Assembly: GCA_963812605.1 (NCBI GenBank)
Contig: CAWEWF010000001.1
Coordinates: forward strand, 480,001-544,000
Length of the DNA stretch: 64,000 nucleotides
Direction of reading: 5' to 3'
From: an uncultured Verrucomicrobiae bacterium
GTDB lineage: Bacteria; Verrucomicrobiota; Verrucomicrobiia; Palsa-1439
Notes under the pieces: model-generated
What the model was told of the DNA's origin: nothing
Database searches by the model: none
What the model saw: the letters and a program-made list of their open reading frames with translations, nothing else
Translations under genes and position numbers: made by a program
Shown here: in pieces, positions 38,517 to 48,471 of the stretch
How the letters are laid out: the number at the start of each line of letters is the position of its first letter
How positions within the stretch are numbered: position 1 is the first letter of the stretch

Positions 38517-40055
38517 GGTTGTTTGCGGAAAATGGTCGCGACCTCGTTGGAGTAAACGCATTGCCAATCCGGCAGCAGGGCGAGCGCCAGATTCAGGCGG
38601 TGCTCGGTGGGCAGCAGCGTCCAGCTCACGTGGTATTGCTCGAGGGCCTGCATCCAGTTGGTTCGCAGCGCCGAGGTGTCGTCATATTGACGAATCAACG
38701 ATTCCCCGTAGAAATCCGTGCGGCCATCCACAAACACGCGATGTTCCGGCAGGGCGTGCAGCAAATACCCGCCCCAGACGTACTGGTTGAACATATTGCC
38801 CTTGAATTGCTCGGGATGCATCCGGATGTAATCGACCGCCGCGACCGGCCATTTTTTTGGCGGCATCTCGGTCGGGCGCGGAAAGCCCGCGATGGCGACC
38901 AGCGCGGCCACCCCGACGAGCAGCCCGCCGCGCGATACCGCATGCGTTTCGCCCAGCCGATTCGACAACCGCCGCACCCAGGCCGGCGAACCGTCGGCGA
39001 GCGCGGTGGCGAGAATCGGCGCCACAAAGATCGCCAGCAACGGGACATTGCGTCCCACGTAGAGGGCCAGATACGTCCAGACGATCAACATCAGCCCGGC
39101 GGTTGGCGACAACCGCGGCCGCACCAGCGCCAATGTCAGAAATGTGACCCCCAGCCAGGCAAGAAACCCGCGCGAGTCGGCCTCGTGGAAATTGGAAGAG
39201 GCGTATTCGGCCAGCCAGTTTGTCAGGTAATCGGAGTGGAGAAACTCAAGATTGAGCAGATGCAGTCGGTAACCGTTCGGATTCACCAGTGAAACCAATC
39301 CGCACAGCACGATGACACCCGTGAGTGCCCGAAGCTTCTGTCGCGCCGCGAGCCAGCGGGCGGGGTCGGTCCGCCCCAGAAACAGCTCGATCACGGCGCC
39401 GAGCCAGTACACACCCAAGCGTGATGAAGCCGGCGAGATAACCGCCATGGAAATTAACCCACAACAGTGTCAGCACGCCGAGAACGATGCCCAACCGGCG
39501 GGCCGACCCATCGCGTTCGAAACGGCGCAGGGCGTCGCACCAGAGCACGGCGAACAGAAAACTGAAGGCATGCGGTCGCGCGAGCCAGTGCGTGCAGGCG
39601 GCCCAGGCAGCGAGCAAGGCGACGAAAATCGCCACCGCATGATTGCCTGTCTCGCGCAATAATTGACGATGGAGCAGGGCGAAGGTCGTGGCGATCAACA
39701 ACGCGGCGACGACGACCAGTCCATATAATCCCGCCACGCGACCCGCGAGAGCGAAAATGAGTTCCGACAGCCATTCCTTCGAGACGATGGGCTCGCCGTA
39801 GCGCGTGTGCGAAAAGACATCGGTGCGAATCGGGATGTGACCCGTTTCCAGCATGTATTCACCGACACGCCAATGCAGACACGGGTCACCGTCACTGGCG
39901 ACCATCATGGTGCGCCACGGTTGCGCCAGCAGGATCAACAGGATCGTCAACCACAACCACTGGGTGAGCGACGGCATCAGCCACGGCAATACGCCACTGC
40001 GTGACAAGGGTGGGGAAGGTGGCTCCGCTTCGGATGGATTAGCGTTCGCAGCCAT
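38513..40055 (-). CDS. Polytopic GT-C-like protein, paralogue 1; frameshift near 39415
   Basis: DGDPCLHW, EWLSE, LWVNFHG in one frame; NPNG, FNQYVWGGYL, VFVDGRTDFY in the next. Confidence 0.68.
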
Positions 40056-40087
40056 GGCGCGCAGCTTACGAAGCGCCGCCGCAATGT

Positions 40088-42226
40088 TCAACGCCGAACT
40101 GCGGCGGGGCGGCGCAGAATCGCGGCCAAATAAAACAGGCCGACGAGAATGACCAGCGCGCGGATGCCCGTGACGAACGACAGCGATTCCAGCAGGCCGC
40201 CGACCAGCGCGCCGATGAGGTTCGACCCGAGCGCCCGGGCCTTGTCCGTACAAATGGCGAAGGACTGGATGAAGATCAGCCCCGCGAAGAACACGGGCGC
40301 GGTGAGGAAGGCGCTGGCCGCGATGAGCTTGGTGATTCCCGTCAACGCGTTGAACCAATCGAGCGGGACCAACGCCAGCAGGGCCACGGTGAGCGCAAGG
40401 CCGGCGATGATCGCCCCTTGCGGCAGACGCGGCCAGCGCCAGGCCACGAGGTTCGACAACAAGATCATCACCAGCACCGCCGAGATGACGATGGCGTTGA
40501 CGATCCAGGTCATGCCGAACAATAACGTCGCGCGGCTGACGGTTTGCACTTCCAACAGCAAGAACGCCGCGCCCAACGCGAAGAAATGCCAGTCGAGTTT
40601 CGGGTTCAGGTCGAGCACACGCCGTCGCGCCAGCCAGAAACCGGCCGGGATGGCAAGGGTGACCAGCAGATGCAGTTTCGGGATCTTGGCGTGCTGCAGG
40701 TAAAGATACGGCCAGTCATCGGTGGTCACGCGGGTCGTGCCGGGCAAATGCTGTTCATGGGAGCGGATGAATTCACGCAAGGAAGCGTCGGCCACATCAT
40801 CGACACGGAGCGGCTTGTTGCCGCAGACGAGCGTGAGGTTGCCGCCGCCACCGCACTGGCGGGGGACTTCCGGCACGGAATACGCAATCGGATCATGCCC
40901 AAACACCTCGCGCACCACCCTTGCCAGACGATCGGCGATCCACCAGCGTTCGGAGCCGAAGCTGAGAATGACGATTCCGTCCGGCGCGAGCAGGCGACGC
41001 GCTTCCTCGATGCTCTCCCGTGTGTACACATAGTGATCGAGACGCAGGTTGTTGTAGGAGGAGCCCAGTGTGTGCGAGTCGAGCCAGCCGAACCAGACGA
41101 CGTCGTATCCGCCGGTCGCCTGTTTGAAATAAGCGCGGGCGTCGTTGAGCACCATGTGCACGCGCGGTGAATCGTAGGGATGTTCCGGATGGAGCTCCCT
41201 ACCCAGCGCGTAGATTTGCGGGTCGATTTCCACGCAATCGATTTGCCCAGCGCCATGGCGCAGCGCGGCTGCCGCGTCGTTGCCGCTTCCTGCGCCGACA
41301 ATCAACATCCGGCGAACCACGGGCTTGAAACAGAAAGGAAGGTTGTAGTGGCTGCGCGCGACCAGGTACGGATCGAGAATGTCCGCGTGCGCGTGGACAA
41401 AGTCGTCGGAGAGATTGAGCATCTGCTGGTAGAACGTGCCGTTGACATCCATGGCGTAGCCTTGCACGACGTGGTTCGTGCCGGGATCAGCATAGGACAA
41501 TTGCAAGGTCAGCCGATGATATGGCGACCAGACGGTCCGCCAGGACGGCTCCTGGCCCAGCCACACGACAAGAGAAGCCAGCGCCGTCAGGGCCACGGCT
41601 GTCCATGAGCCCGGTTGTCGTCCCACGAGCGCCAGGGCCGCGACCAGGCCGGCGGCCACGGCAAACCAAATGGTCGGGGTAAGCGAGGCCCAACTCAACG
41701 CGTTGAACAACCAGATGCCCGCGAGACTGCCGAGAATATTGGCGGAGTACGCTCGAATGGTCCGCGGGTGCTTCTCGAACCCGCGCCCCAGCAACTGGCC
41801 GGCCGGGACAAAGGTGAACGCAACCAGATAGGTCAACACGGCGACGACAATCAAACCACAGAGGATTTGAACGGTCGTCAATCGGAAGCCAACCAGCCAG
41901 AGCGGCGAATCCTCAAATCCGCTCAGTACATAGGAGGTATTGTGGATGTTTAGCGCCTCGAGATGCAGGGGGTTGGCGACAAGCGTCACCAGCAGGAGCA
42001 GATTCGCACCAAGCCGAACCAGGGACACGGGCCGCGACCCGAGATAGCAACCCAGACCGGTTCCAAAAAAACACACGACCAAAATGAGATTCCCCAGATA
42101 GGCAAATACGCGGATCTCGGTGCCAATCCAGCGGATCAACAGCAGTTCCGCGAACAAGATGAACGCGCCCAGCAGGAACAGCTCCATATCATTTTTGAGA
42201 AGGGAGCGTTCAAGCGGGTCACTCAT
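40088..42226 (-). CDS. Membrane protein with central spermidine-synthase-like class I SAM methyltransferase domain
   Basis: N- and C-terminal TM bundles; WSPY, LIVGAGSGND, CVEIDP, NDARAY, TDDWPYLY. Confidence 0.8.
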   Translation of the reverse strand: MSDPLERSLLKNDMELFLLGAFILFAELLLIRWIGTEIRVFAYLGNLILVVCFFGTGLGCYLGSRPVSLVRLGANLLLLVTLVANPLHLEALNIHNTSYVLSGFEDSPLWLVGFRLTTVQILCGLIVVAVLTYLVAFTFVPAGQLLGRGFEKHPRTIRAYSANILGSLAGIWLFNALSWASLTPTIWFAVAAGLVAALALVGRQPGSWTAVALTALASLVVWLGQEPSWRTVWSPYHRLTLQLSYADPGTNHVVQGYAMDVNGTFYQQMLNLSDDFVHAHADILDPYLVARSHYNLPFCFKPVVRRMLIVGAGSGNDAAAALRHGAGQIDCVEIDPQIYALGRELHPEHPYDSPRVHMVLNDARAYFKQATGGYDVVWFGWLDSHTLGSSYNNLRLDHYVYTRESIEEARRLLAPDGIVILSFGSERWWIADRLARVVREVFGHDPIAYSVPEVPRQCGGGGNLTLVCGNKPLRVDDVADASLREFIRSHEQHLPGTTRVTTDDWPYLYLQHAKIPKLHLLVTLAIPAGFWLARRRVLDLNPKLDWHFFALGAAFLLLEVQTVSRATLLFGMTWIVNAIVISAVLVMILLSNLVAWRWPRLPQGAIIAGLALTVALLALVPLDWFNALTGITKLIAASAFLTAPVFFAGLIFIQSFAICTDKARALGSNLIGALVGGLLESLSFVTGIRALVILVGLFYLAAILRRPAAVRR

Positions 42227-42324
42227 GCACAGCCGATTGAAACAGAGGCAGCGCGTTGTCGCAACCATCCTTTCACAGTTTGCGCTAGAGCTACCCCGGC
42301 AACTCTGCTAGTGGAAGGAGACGC

Positions 42325-43605
42325 ATGAGCAAGACGATGGACTGGTTACGGCGGCTGGCAACGTCTCCATTGCTGGACGTGGCGGCCATCCTGCTCGCGA
42401 TAGCGGTCGTTGTCCTCTGGGCCGTGGTACTCCCGTCGTGTTGGACCGATTTCGATTTTAACAACTTCTATGTGAGTGGCCGGATGTTGTTGGAGGGACA
42501 GAATCCCTACACGACCTCGCTGCGGGACATGAGCCAGACCCTCGGCTTCCGCTTCTTCGACGAAATTCCGATTGCCGGCTATCCGCCAAGCTTCCTGTAT
42601 GTTTTTGCAGCGCTCGCAACGCTGCCGCCACGGGTCGCGTTCATTGTCTGGCTGGCGCTGGAGATCGGTTGTTTGATCCTCCTGCTACAATTGACACACC
42701 GGTTATTGGGCGGACGATTGTCGGCCCGGGCCTGGCGGTTTGTCGTCGTGCTGACGATCATCTCACGAACCGTGAGCTACAGTCTTTTTTTTTCACAGGT
42801 GCAACTGATGCTGGCCGTTTTCGTTCTGGCCGCGTACGCGGCGCACCGTGGGGGCCGGCATGGCTGGGCGTGCCTGGCGGTTTCCGCCGCGGGAATGCTG
42901 AAGTTCTACCCATTTGTGTTACTGCCATGGTTCGTTTGGTTCGGCGGCGGCACTGTGCGAACGCGGGTGTACCGATTGCTGGGCGCCAGCGGATTTGCCC
43001 TCGTCATCTTTGTCCTGACCGGTCCCGGCCTTTGGCGCGATTTCCTGCAGCATGCGATACCCATGGCCAAGAAAGGCGTGATTGGGCGCACCTTTCATTT
43101 CTCGCTGGCGGCATTCATCACTAATTTGGGTTGCTGGTACCACGGTTTCAACCCGAGCCCGGAAGCGAACCGATGGTGGTTGCTCCTGGGAGCCTGGACC
43201 GGTTTGGCAGCGATCGCGGCCGCGTACGGCGTATGCCTGATGGGGGCGCGCGATCCCGAAGCGCAGTTTTGTCTGTTGTGTGTTGCGATGCTGATCGGAA
43301 CGCTCACTGTGGAAGGCCACTATTTTGTTTTCCTCGTGTTTCCGCTGGCGGTGATGGCAGCTCGCGTGGCGAAAGAACTCACAGTGGGCAAGGTAGTCTA
43401 TTTGCTATTGCTCGTGGTAGCGGTGAATCTCGTCGACCCACCAGACATCCCGCTTCTTTGGCGGCACCTGCTCTTGTACATTATTGTTAGCGACGCCCCG
43501 CTTTATGGACTCTTCGGATTAGCGTTTTTTTTCGGACGAGAACTGTGGATCCGGCGGGGATTGAGTGACGCGTCCATGTTGTCAGTAGAGGCGACGGGAC
43601 CATGA
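42325..43605 (+). CDS. Glycosyltransferase family 87 (DUF2029)-like GT-C
   Basis: DFNNFY..G...GQNPY, GYPPSF, SQVQ, LKFYP; polytopic. Confidence 0.75.
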   Translation: MSKTMDWLRRLATSPLLDVAAILLAIAVVVLWAVVLPSCWTDFDFNNFYVSGRMLLEGQNPYTTSLRDMSQTLGFRFFDEIPIAGYPPSFLYVFAALATLPPRVAFIVWLALEIGCLILLLQLTHRLLGGRLSARAWRFVVVLTIISRTVSYSLFFSQVQLMLAVFVLAAYAAHRGGRHGWACLAVSAAGMLKFYPFVLLPWFVWFGGGTVRTRVYRLLGASGFALVIFVLTGPGLWRDFLQHAIPMAKKGVIGRTFHFSLAAFITNLGCWYHGFNPSPEANRWWLLLGAWTGLAAIAAAYGVCLMGARDPEAQFCLLCVAMLIGTLTVEGHYFVFLVFPLAVMAARVAKELTVGKVVYLLLLVVAVNLVDPPDIPLLWRHLLLYIIVSDAPLYGLFGLAFFFGRELWIRRGLSDASMLSVEATGP

Positions 43606-45170
43606 ACGAGGCGTCCGTGCCATCCGGCGGGCGGCAGTTCTTGCGACAGGACTGGATTATCGCCCTTCTGATGTTCCTTGTCGCGTTGCTGCTGCGGATC
43701 CCGTTCCGCAGTCAAATGGCATACCACTGGGACAGTGCACAGTTCGCGCTGGCGATCAATCAATACGACATACGATTAAGCCAGCCGCATGCGCCGGGGT
43801 ACTTCCTGTATGTCATGTTGGGAAGGCTGGTGAACAATTTTGTGGGCGACCCGCACGCGAGCCTGGTGTGGATTAGCGTCGTTTTCGGAAGCGCACTGCC
43901 GGCGGTGGTGTATCGACTGGCGACGGAAATGTTCGGGCGAAAGGCTGGTGTGACAGCGGGATTATTGGCCCTAACGAGTCCACAACTGTGGTTCCATAGC
44001 TGCGTGGCCCTGACCTACTGCGTGGACAGTTTTCTGGTTTGCGCGGCGGTGTTGCTACTTTGGCGGGCGATGGCATCTGGCGGAAAATGGCGGGATGCGA
44101 TTGCCGTGGGAGCGTTGCTGGCGGTGATTGGCGGGGTTCGGCAACAGAGTGCGCTCGCCTTGCTTCCGCTGGTGGTGTTCGTGTTCTGGCGGTTCAAACG
44201 GGGGCGGGCAGCAAAATTGGCGTTGGCCGCCATGGTGGCAATCGGACTTGGAGTTCTCTGGTTCGTGCCGATGGTACGAATGTCCGGTGGATTACGAACT
44301 TACCTGGTCAGCGTGCGTCTGCAGGCGGCGAACGCTTCACCGCATCTTTTCCAGGGCGGGCGGGGCGCGCTTCTGCACAATGTGGCGGGCATCACCGGAT
44401 TCTGCTGGAACGGGTTGATCTTGGGGGCGGTGGTGTTGGTCGCGGCGCTGGTGTACCGAATGTTCCGAATGACTGCCGAACAAAAGAGTTCCTGGGACAG
44501 CCAGCACGCGCCGGGATTGGTGATCCTGGCATTGTGGATGGTCCCGTTCATCATTCTGGGGACGGTGGTCGTCACCAACCAACCGGGCCATGTCTTGAGT
44601 TATCTACCGGGATGGTTTGTGCTGGTGGGAGCCGTGGTGGGGAGCATGGAATCCAGATGGCGAAGGGCCGTGGTGATCGGTGCAGTCTGCACCGGGAATG
44701 TCGTGGCTTTTGCCGCCTGGCCGCCGCAATGGGACGGCGTTTTTTTCGGGATGGGGCGGACCGCGCGGGCCATCGCCGAGCATGACGCGCAGTTGTCGCA
44801 AATGGTGGAGAGTATCCGTCGATCGTATTCGCCGGAGAGCGTCATCCTCTGTTTTTCGGAGGAATATTATTTGTGCGGCCTGCGGCACTTCCAGCTTTAC
44901 CTGCCCGAGTATGAGCAATACCAATTCGCGGTCGATGGAACGACCTGGTATCCACCGGGCAGGCCGATGTGGCTGGTGCGCGGCGGGCATCTTGAGTTCG
45001 TCGACAAGCTCGACATCGACGGCAAGAAGGGCCTGGTGTTGGTGGTGCCGCCGGGGGAGAAGGTCGGCATCTTCACCCCGTACTTGTCGCTTGCGGGCGC
45101 GGAGGTTTTGCCGCAGAGTGAGGGCGATCTGTATTTCATTCCTGCGGAGTCGGTTAAGTTATTACGGTAA
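43602..45170 (+). CDS. DUF2723/TMEM260-like GT-C membrane glycosyltransferase
   Basis: YHWDSAQFALA...QPHAPGYFLY; GGVRQQ; polytopic with C-terminal soluble domain. Confidence 0.7.
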   Translation: MNEASVPSGGRQFLRQDWIIALLMFLVALLLRIPFRSQMAYHWDSAQFALAINQYDIRLSQPHAPGYFLYVMLGRLVNNFVGDPHASLVWISVVFGSALPAVVYRLATEMFGRKAGVTAGLLALTSPQLWFHSCVALTYCVDSFLVCAAVLLLWRAMASGGKWRDAIAVGALLAVIGGVRQQSALALLPLVVFVFWRFKRGRAAKLALAAMVAIGLGVLWFVPMVRMSGGLRTYLVSVRLQAANASPHLFQGGRGALLHNVAGITGFCWNGLILGAVVLVAALVYRMFRMTAEQKSSWDSQHAPGLVILALWMVPFIILGTVVVTNQPGHVLSYLPGWFVLVGAVVGSMESRWRRAVVIGAVCTGNVVAFAAWPPQWDGVFFGMGRTARAIAEHDAQLSQMVESIRRSYSPESVILCFSEEYYLCGLRHFQLYLPEYEQYQFAVDGTTWYPPGRPMWLVRGGHLEFVDKLDIDGKKGLVLVVPPGEKVGIFTPYLSLAGAEVLPQSEGDLYFIPAESVKLLR

Positions 45171-45198
45171 TCGGTTGGGAAGAGGCAACCATGGCCCG

Positions 45199-46806
45199 TT
45201 GAGAGCTGAAGAAGGTAAATCGGGGGGGACCGTCGGGGCGATAGCGTTGGGGCGAAGTGATTACGGGATAGCGCTGGCACTGTTCGTGGTCGCGCTCGCG
45301 CTTCGCGTCCCATTCCGCAGCCAATTTGCGTACTACTGGGACAGCGCGCAGTTTGCGCTGGCGGTTGGGGAGTACAACATTCGCATCAGCCAGCCGCATG
45401 TACCGGGTTTCTACTTGTACATACTGGCGGGCCGGCTGATGAACCTGTTCGTGGGCGAACCGCATGCGGCGTTGGTATGGCTGAGCGTCTTCGCCGGGGC
45501 GTGGTTGGTTTCCGTGGGATACCTGCTCGCGACGTTGATGTTTGGGCGCAATTGCGGCTGGGGAACGGGGTTAATCCTGCTGACCAGCCCGTTAACCTGG
45601 TTTCACAGCGAAATCGCGTTGACGACCATTTTGGACAGCGCCCTGGTGGTGAGTTTCGTGTTCGTGTGCTGGCGGGCCATCGAACGGAACGTGACGTGGT
45701 TCCAAACGATTGTGCTGGCGGCCTTGCTGGCCGCCGCGGGGGGCATTCGCCAGCAAACCGCGCCCCTGCTGGTTCCGTTGTGGATCTACGTATTCTGGGG
45801 TTTTGCGCAGCCACGCGCGCGGAAGTTCTTCTGCGCGACAGTGTTGGCGGCTGGTCTCTCCCTTCTTTGGTTCCTGCCAATGCTGAAATCAGCCGGTGGC
45901 CTGAGTGGGTACCTGGATTTGCTGCGCTTGAAATGCCAGTTTGACAGATCGCGGATTGCCTGGGCCGGCGGGGGTGTGTTCGCTCTTTTCATGGATGTTT
46001 ACTGCATGGGGAGAGCCCTGTGGGTGGGACTATGGATCGCGGCGATCCTACCGTTGATGGAGCTCGCGCATTGGGTGTTTTACGAGAAAGGGGCGGGGGT
46101 TGTTGATTCCTATCGGGCGAACGGCAGGCAATTATGTGTGCTCGGGCTGTGGATTGCGCCGATGTTGCTCTTTGGCCTGCTCATGTACGTCGAAAGGCCA
46201 GGACATGCGCTCAATCTTTTCCCAGCCGTTGTGATCCTGGCAAGTCTTGGATTGGTCAGGTTTTCACGGCAACTGGTAATCGCGAGGTCATGGGGCCTGT
46301 ATGTCGTGTTCGCGATTGTCGTGGCCGTGAATGCAGCGCTGTTCCTGTTCGCGCCCCCGTTGGTAACACGGCTGTCACTGGGGTTGCGCCTCTCAGCGAG
46401 GGAGATCCAAGAGCATGATACCGATTTGCAGGCATGCTTCCGCGTTATCCGACAGAATTGGCCAGCCAAGAATGTTATTGTGTACCACTGGTATGAGGAT
46501 TTCTTCTGGGGGTTTCGCCAGTTTCAGTATCATCTACCGGAGTACCGGAATGTGCTTCTAAGGCCGGATGCCTCTCTGCCGCGTCCGCTGGGGGGAATGG
46601 CGTGGATCGGGTACGAGAGACGGACCGCTTTTGTCGATGTCACTTCGATCCCACAAGAGCAGGATATACTTCAAAAGGAGGACATACTTCTCGTCGTGCC
46701 CCCCGGTGAGTCCGTAGAGATGTTTCGGTCGACCGTCAAATTGGGGACCGAAGTCCTACTGCTGGAATCTGGGGTGAAATTATATGTTCTGCACTTACGC
46801 CCTTGA
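45199..46806 (+). CDS. DUF2723/TMEM260-like GT-C, tandem paralogue; start approximate
   Basis: YYWDSAQFALA...QPHVPGFYLY; GGIRQQ; FRQFQYHLPEY matches LRHFQLYLPEY of the upstream copy. Confidence 0.7.
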   Translation: MRAEEGKSGGTVGAIALGRSDYGIALALFVVALALRVPFRSQFAYYWDSAQFALAVGEYNIRISQPHVPGFYLYILAGRLMNLFVGEPHAALVWLSVFAGAWLVSVGYLLATLMFGRNCGWGTGLILLTSPLTWFHSEIALTTILDSALVVSFVFVCWRAIERNVTWFQTIVLAALLAAAGGIRQQTAPLLVPLWIYVFWGFAQPRARKFFCATVLAAGLSLLWFLPMLKSAGGLSGYLDLLRLKCQFDRSRIAWAGGGVFALFMDVYCMGRALWVGLWIAAILPLMELAHWVFYEKGAGVVDSYRANGRQLCVLGLWIAPMLLFGLLMYVERPGHALNLFPAVVILASLGLVRFSRQLVIARSWGLYVVFAIVVAVNAALFLFAPPLVTRLSLGLRLSAREIQEHDTDLQACFRVIRQNWPAKNVIVYHWYEDFFWGFRQFQYHLPEYRNVLLRPDASLPRPLGGMAWIGYERRTAFVDVTSIPQEQDILQKEDILLVVPPGESVEMFRSTVKLGTEVLLLESGVKLYVLHLRP

Positions 46807-46878
46807 GAGACAGGGACTTGATGGCGGAGTTCGGCTCCCAAGAGAGCGAAAATGCATTTCTTAAAGATGACAAAAAAG

Positions 46879-46916
46879 TGTCCAGTAGTTGAACAGTATG
46901 TCCAGACGATTGGGCA
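46879..46916. promoter_or_regulatory. Candidate tandem enhancer (UAS) sites
   Basis: TGTCCAGTAGTTGAACA and TGTCCAGACGATTGGGCA, imperfect dyads 20 bp apart, about 145-180 bp upstream of a -24/-12 element. Confidence 0.45.
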
Positions 46917-47060
46917 AGAATGATGAAGCTGCGCAAAAATGAACCGTGTCGTTTGCCGGGCATGATTTATTCGTGGCGACAGTTAAAAGATTTACGGATA
47001 GCGGCTTGCAGATGCGAGGACGCACTGAGGCGGGACTTTATGGAGTCCAGAGGGTGAGGG

Positions 47061-47075
47061 TGGCACGTAAGCTGC
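47061..47075 (+). promoter_or_regulatory. Sigma-54 promoter of flp
   Basis: TGGCACGTAAGCTGC, near-consensus TGGCACG-N4-(T)TGC. Confidence 0.75.
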
Positions 47076-47154
47076 GACTGTATTTTCTCGTATAAACGTG
47101 AGTCTGTTGGATCGTTGAGCAATACGAAAAAGCCAGATGAAGGAGGTGAATGAG

Positions 47155-47328
47155 ATGAAGAGAACTCTCCGAAAAATGTATCGCGGGCTGAAGTCGCGGA
47201 AGGGCCAGAGCTTGGTCGAATACGCGCTTATCCTGGCTCTCATCGCCGTCGTGGCGATCTTGGTGCTAAAGGGCCTTGGCGGTAAGGTCAACAACACCTT
47301 GTCGTCTGTGAATGCGAACTTGCCATAA
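47155..47328 (+). CDS. flp: Flp (type IVb/c) pilin
   Basis: KG|QSLVEYALILALIAVVAI Flp motif; strong RBS AAGGAGGTGA. Confidence 0.93.
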   Translation: MKRTLRKMYRGLKSRKGQSLVEYALILALIAVVAILVLKGLGGKVNNTLSSVNANLP

Positions 47329-47356
47329 ATTGGCAAAATATTAACCATGTCCAAGC

Positions 47357-47388
47357 AGGGGTGAAGAGGCTTCCGTCTCTTCACCCCT
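47357..47388 (+). terminator. Stem-loop after flp (terminator or mRNA stabiliser)
   Basis: Perfect 12-bp stem AGGGGTGAAGAG/CTCTTCACCCCT; weak U-tract. Confidence 0.65.
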
Positions 47389-47539
47389 TCGGTCTTCCCA
47401 CTAAAATGTGTTTGCAGACAGTTGTTCGGCGGTGCTGGCGGGGGGAAAAACCCTCTGACCAGCGGCAATTTTCCACCCATCAGGAAGGACGGAACCCCAA
47501 TTATCTTTCTCAATTTTGATGTTGCAATTCTTTTCAACA

Positions 47540-47555
47540 GGGCACAGCATCTGCT
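47540..47555 (+). promoter_or_regulatory. Candidate sigma-54 promoter of cpaB
   Basis: GGGCACAGCATCTGCT = GG-N10-GC. Confidence 0.5.
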
Positions 47556-47590
47556 TGCCTTAGCATGCAAAGTCGAACAAGGAGGACTCA

Positions 47591-48428
47591 ATGGCTAAGA
47601 AATCTGGTGCAGGTGGAATCATTTTGGCCGCCGTCGTCGCGGCAACAGTCGCTGTCTATTTGGTCTGGAATATGTGGCGGCAGGAAGAGCTGCAGTCCGC
47701 AAAGCACTGGACTGAAGTGGTTGCCGCGCAACAGGACATACCGGCACGCACCAAAATAACACGTGAAATGGTCACTTTGACCCGCTACCCGAAGGAGCTC
47801 GTCATCGACGGCGCCATCCGAAATCCCAAGGATGTGGACGGGCATACCACGCTGGTAAGGATCAAGGCCAAGGAACAAATTCGGACATCGGATATTCTGG
47901 GGGAGGGACAGGCTCCGGGCCTGGCGTACGACATCCCGCCCGGTATGCGCGCCATCGCCATCGGCGCCGGCGAAGTCATGGCCGTGGGTTCGACCGTGAA
48001 ACCCGGCGACCGCGTTGACATTTTGGCCACCTATACGGACCCGGTGGCGCATCAGGAAACCACGCAGATGATCCTGCAGAACGTGCTCGTGCTCGCCGTC
48101 AACCAGGGCGAGACCGATCAGCAGGGCAAGTCAGGCGCCAAGAGTTCGATGACGCTGGCGGTAAAACCGGAAGAAGCCGAGTTGCTGACGGCGGCGGACC
48201 GCGCCGGTGCGCTGCGTGTGGCCTTGCGCGGCCTCAACGAGAAAGCCGTGATAACGACCGCAGGGCGTTGGCACGCGGGATTTCCAGGGCAAGAACACCC
48301 TCACGTTCTCGACGACGCCTCCCGACCCGCAGAGATCGACACCGATCATTATCAGCCCGCCGCGGAACCAACGGCCGGAACTCGTGATTGTCAGGGGCAT
48401 ACAAGAGACAACCGTACCGCAGCAATAG
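47591..48428 (+). CDS. cpaB: Flp pilus assembly protein CpaB/RcpC; frameshift near 48263
   Basis: SAF domain (VVAAQQDIPART), PGMRAIAI, VKPGDRVDI, LQNVLVLA; the shifted frame restores an ELVIVRG C-terminus ending at TAG 48428. Confidence 0.85.
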
Positions 48429-48471
48429 TCGCGAAGTACAGGAATTCGAAAAAGGAAAGGACAGCGTATAA

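Noticed and set aside
32424-40055. Assembly-induced tandem duplication or DGR-type diversification
   Set aside because: Copies are highly diverged throughout; no reverse transcriptase or near-identical template/variable repeat pair was seen
46905-46960. c-di-GMP-I riboswitch upstream of flp (GGCAA...GCGCAAA resemblance)
   Set aside because: No GAAA-capped P2 stem or downstream conserved elements are recognisable; an Infernal search would be needed
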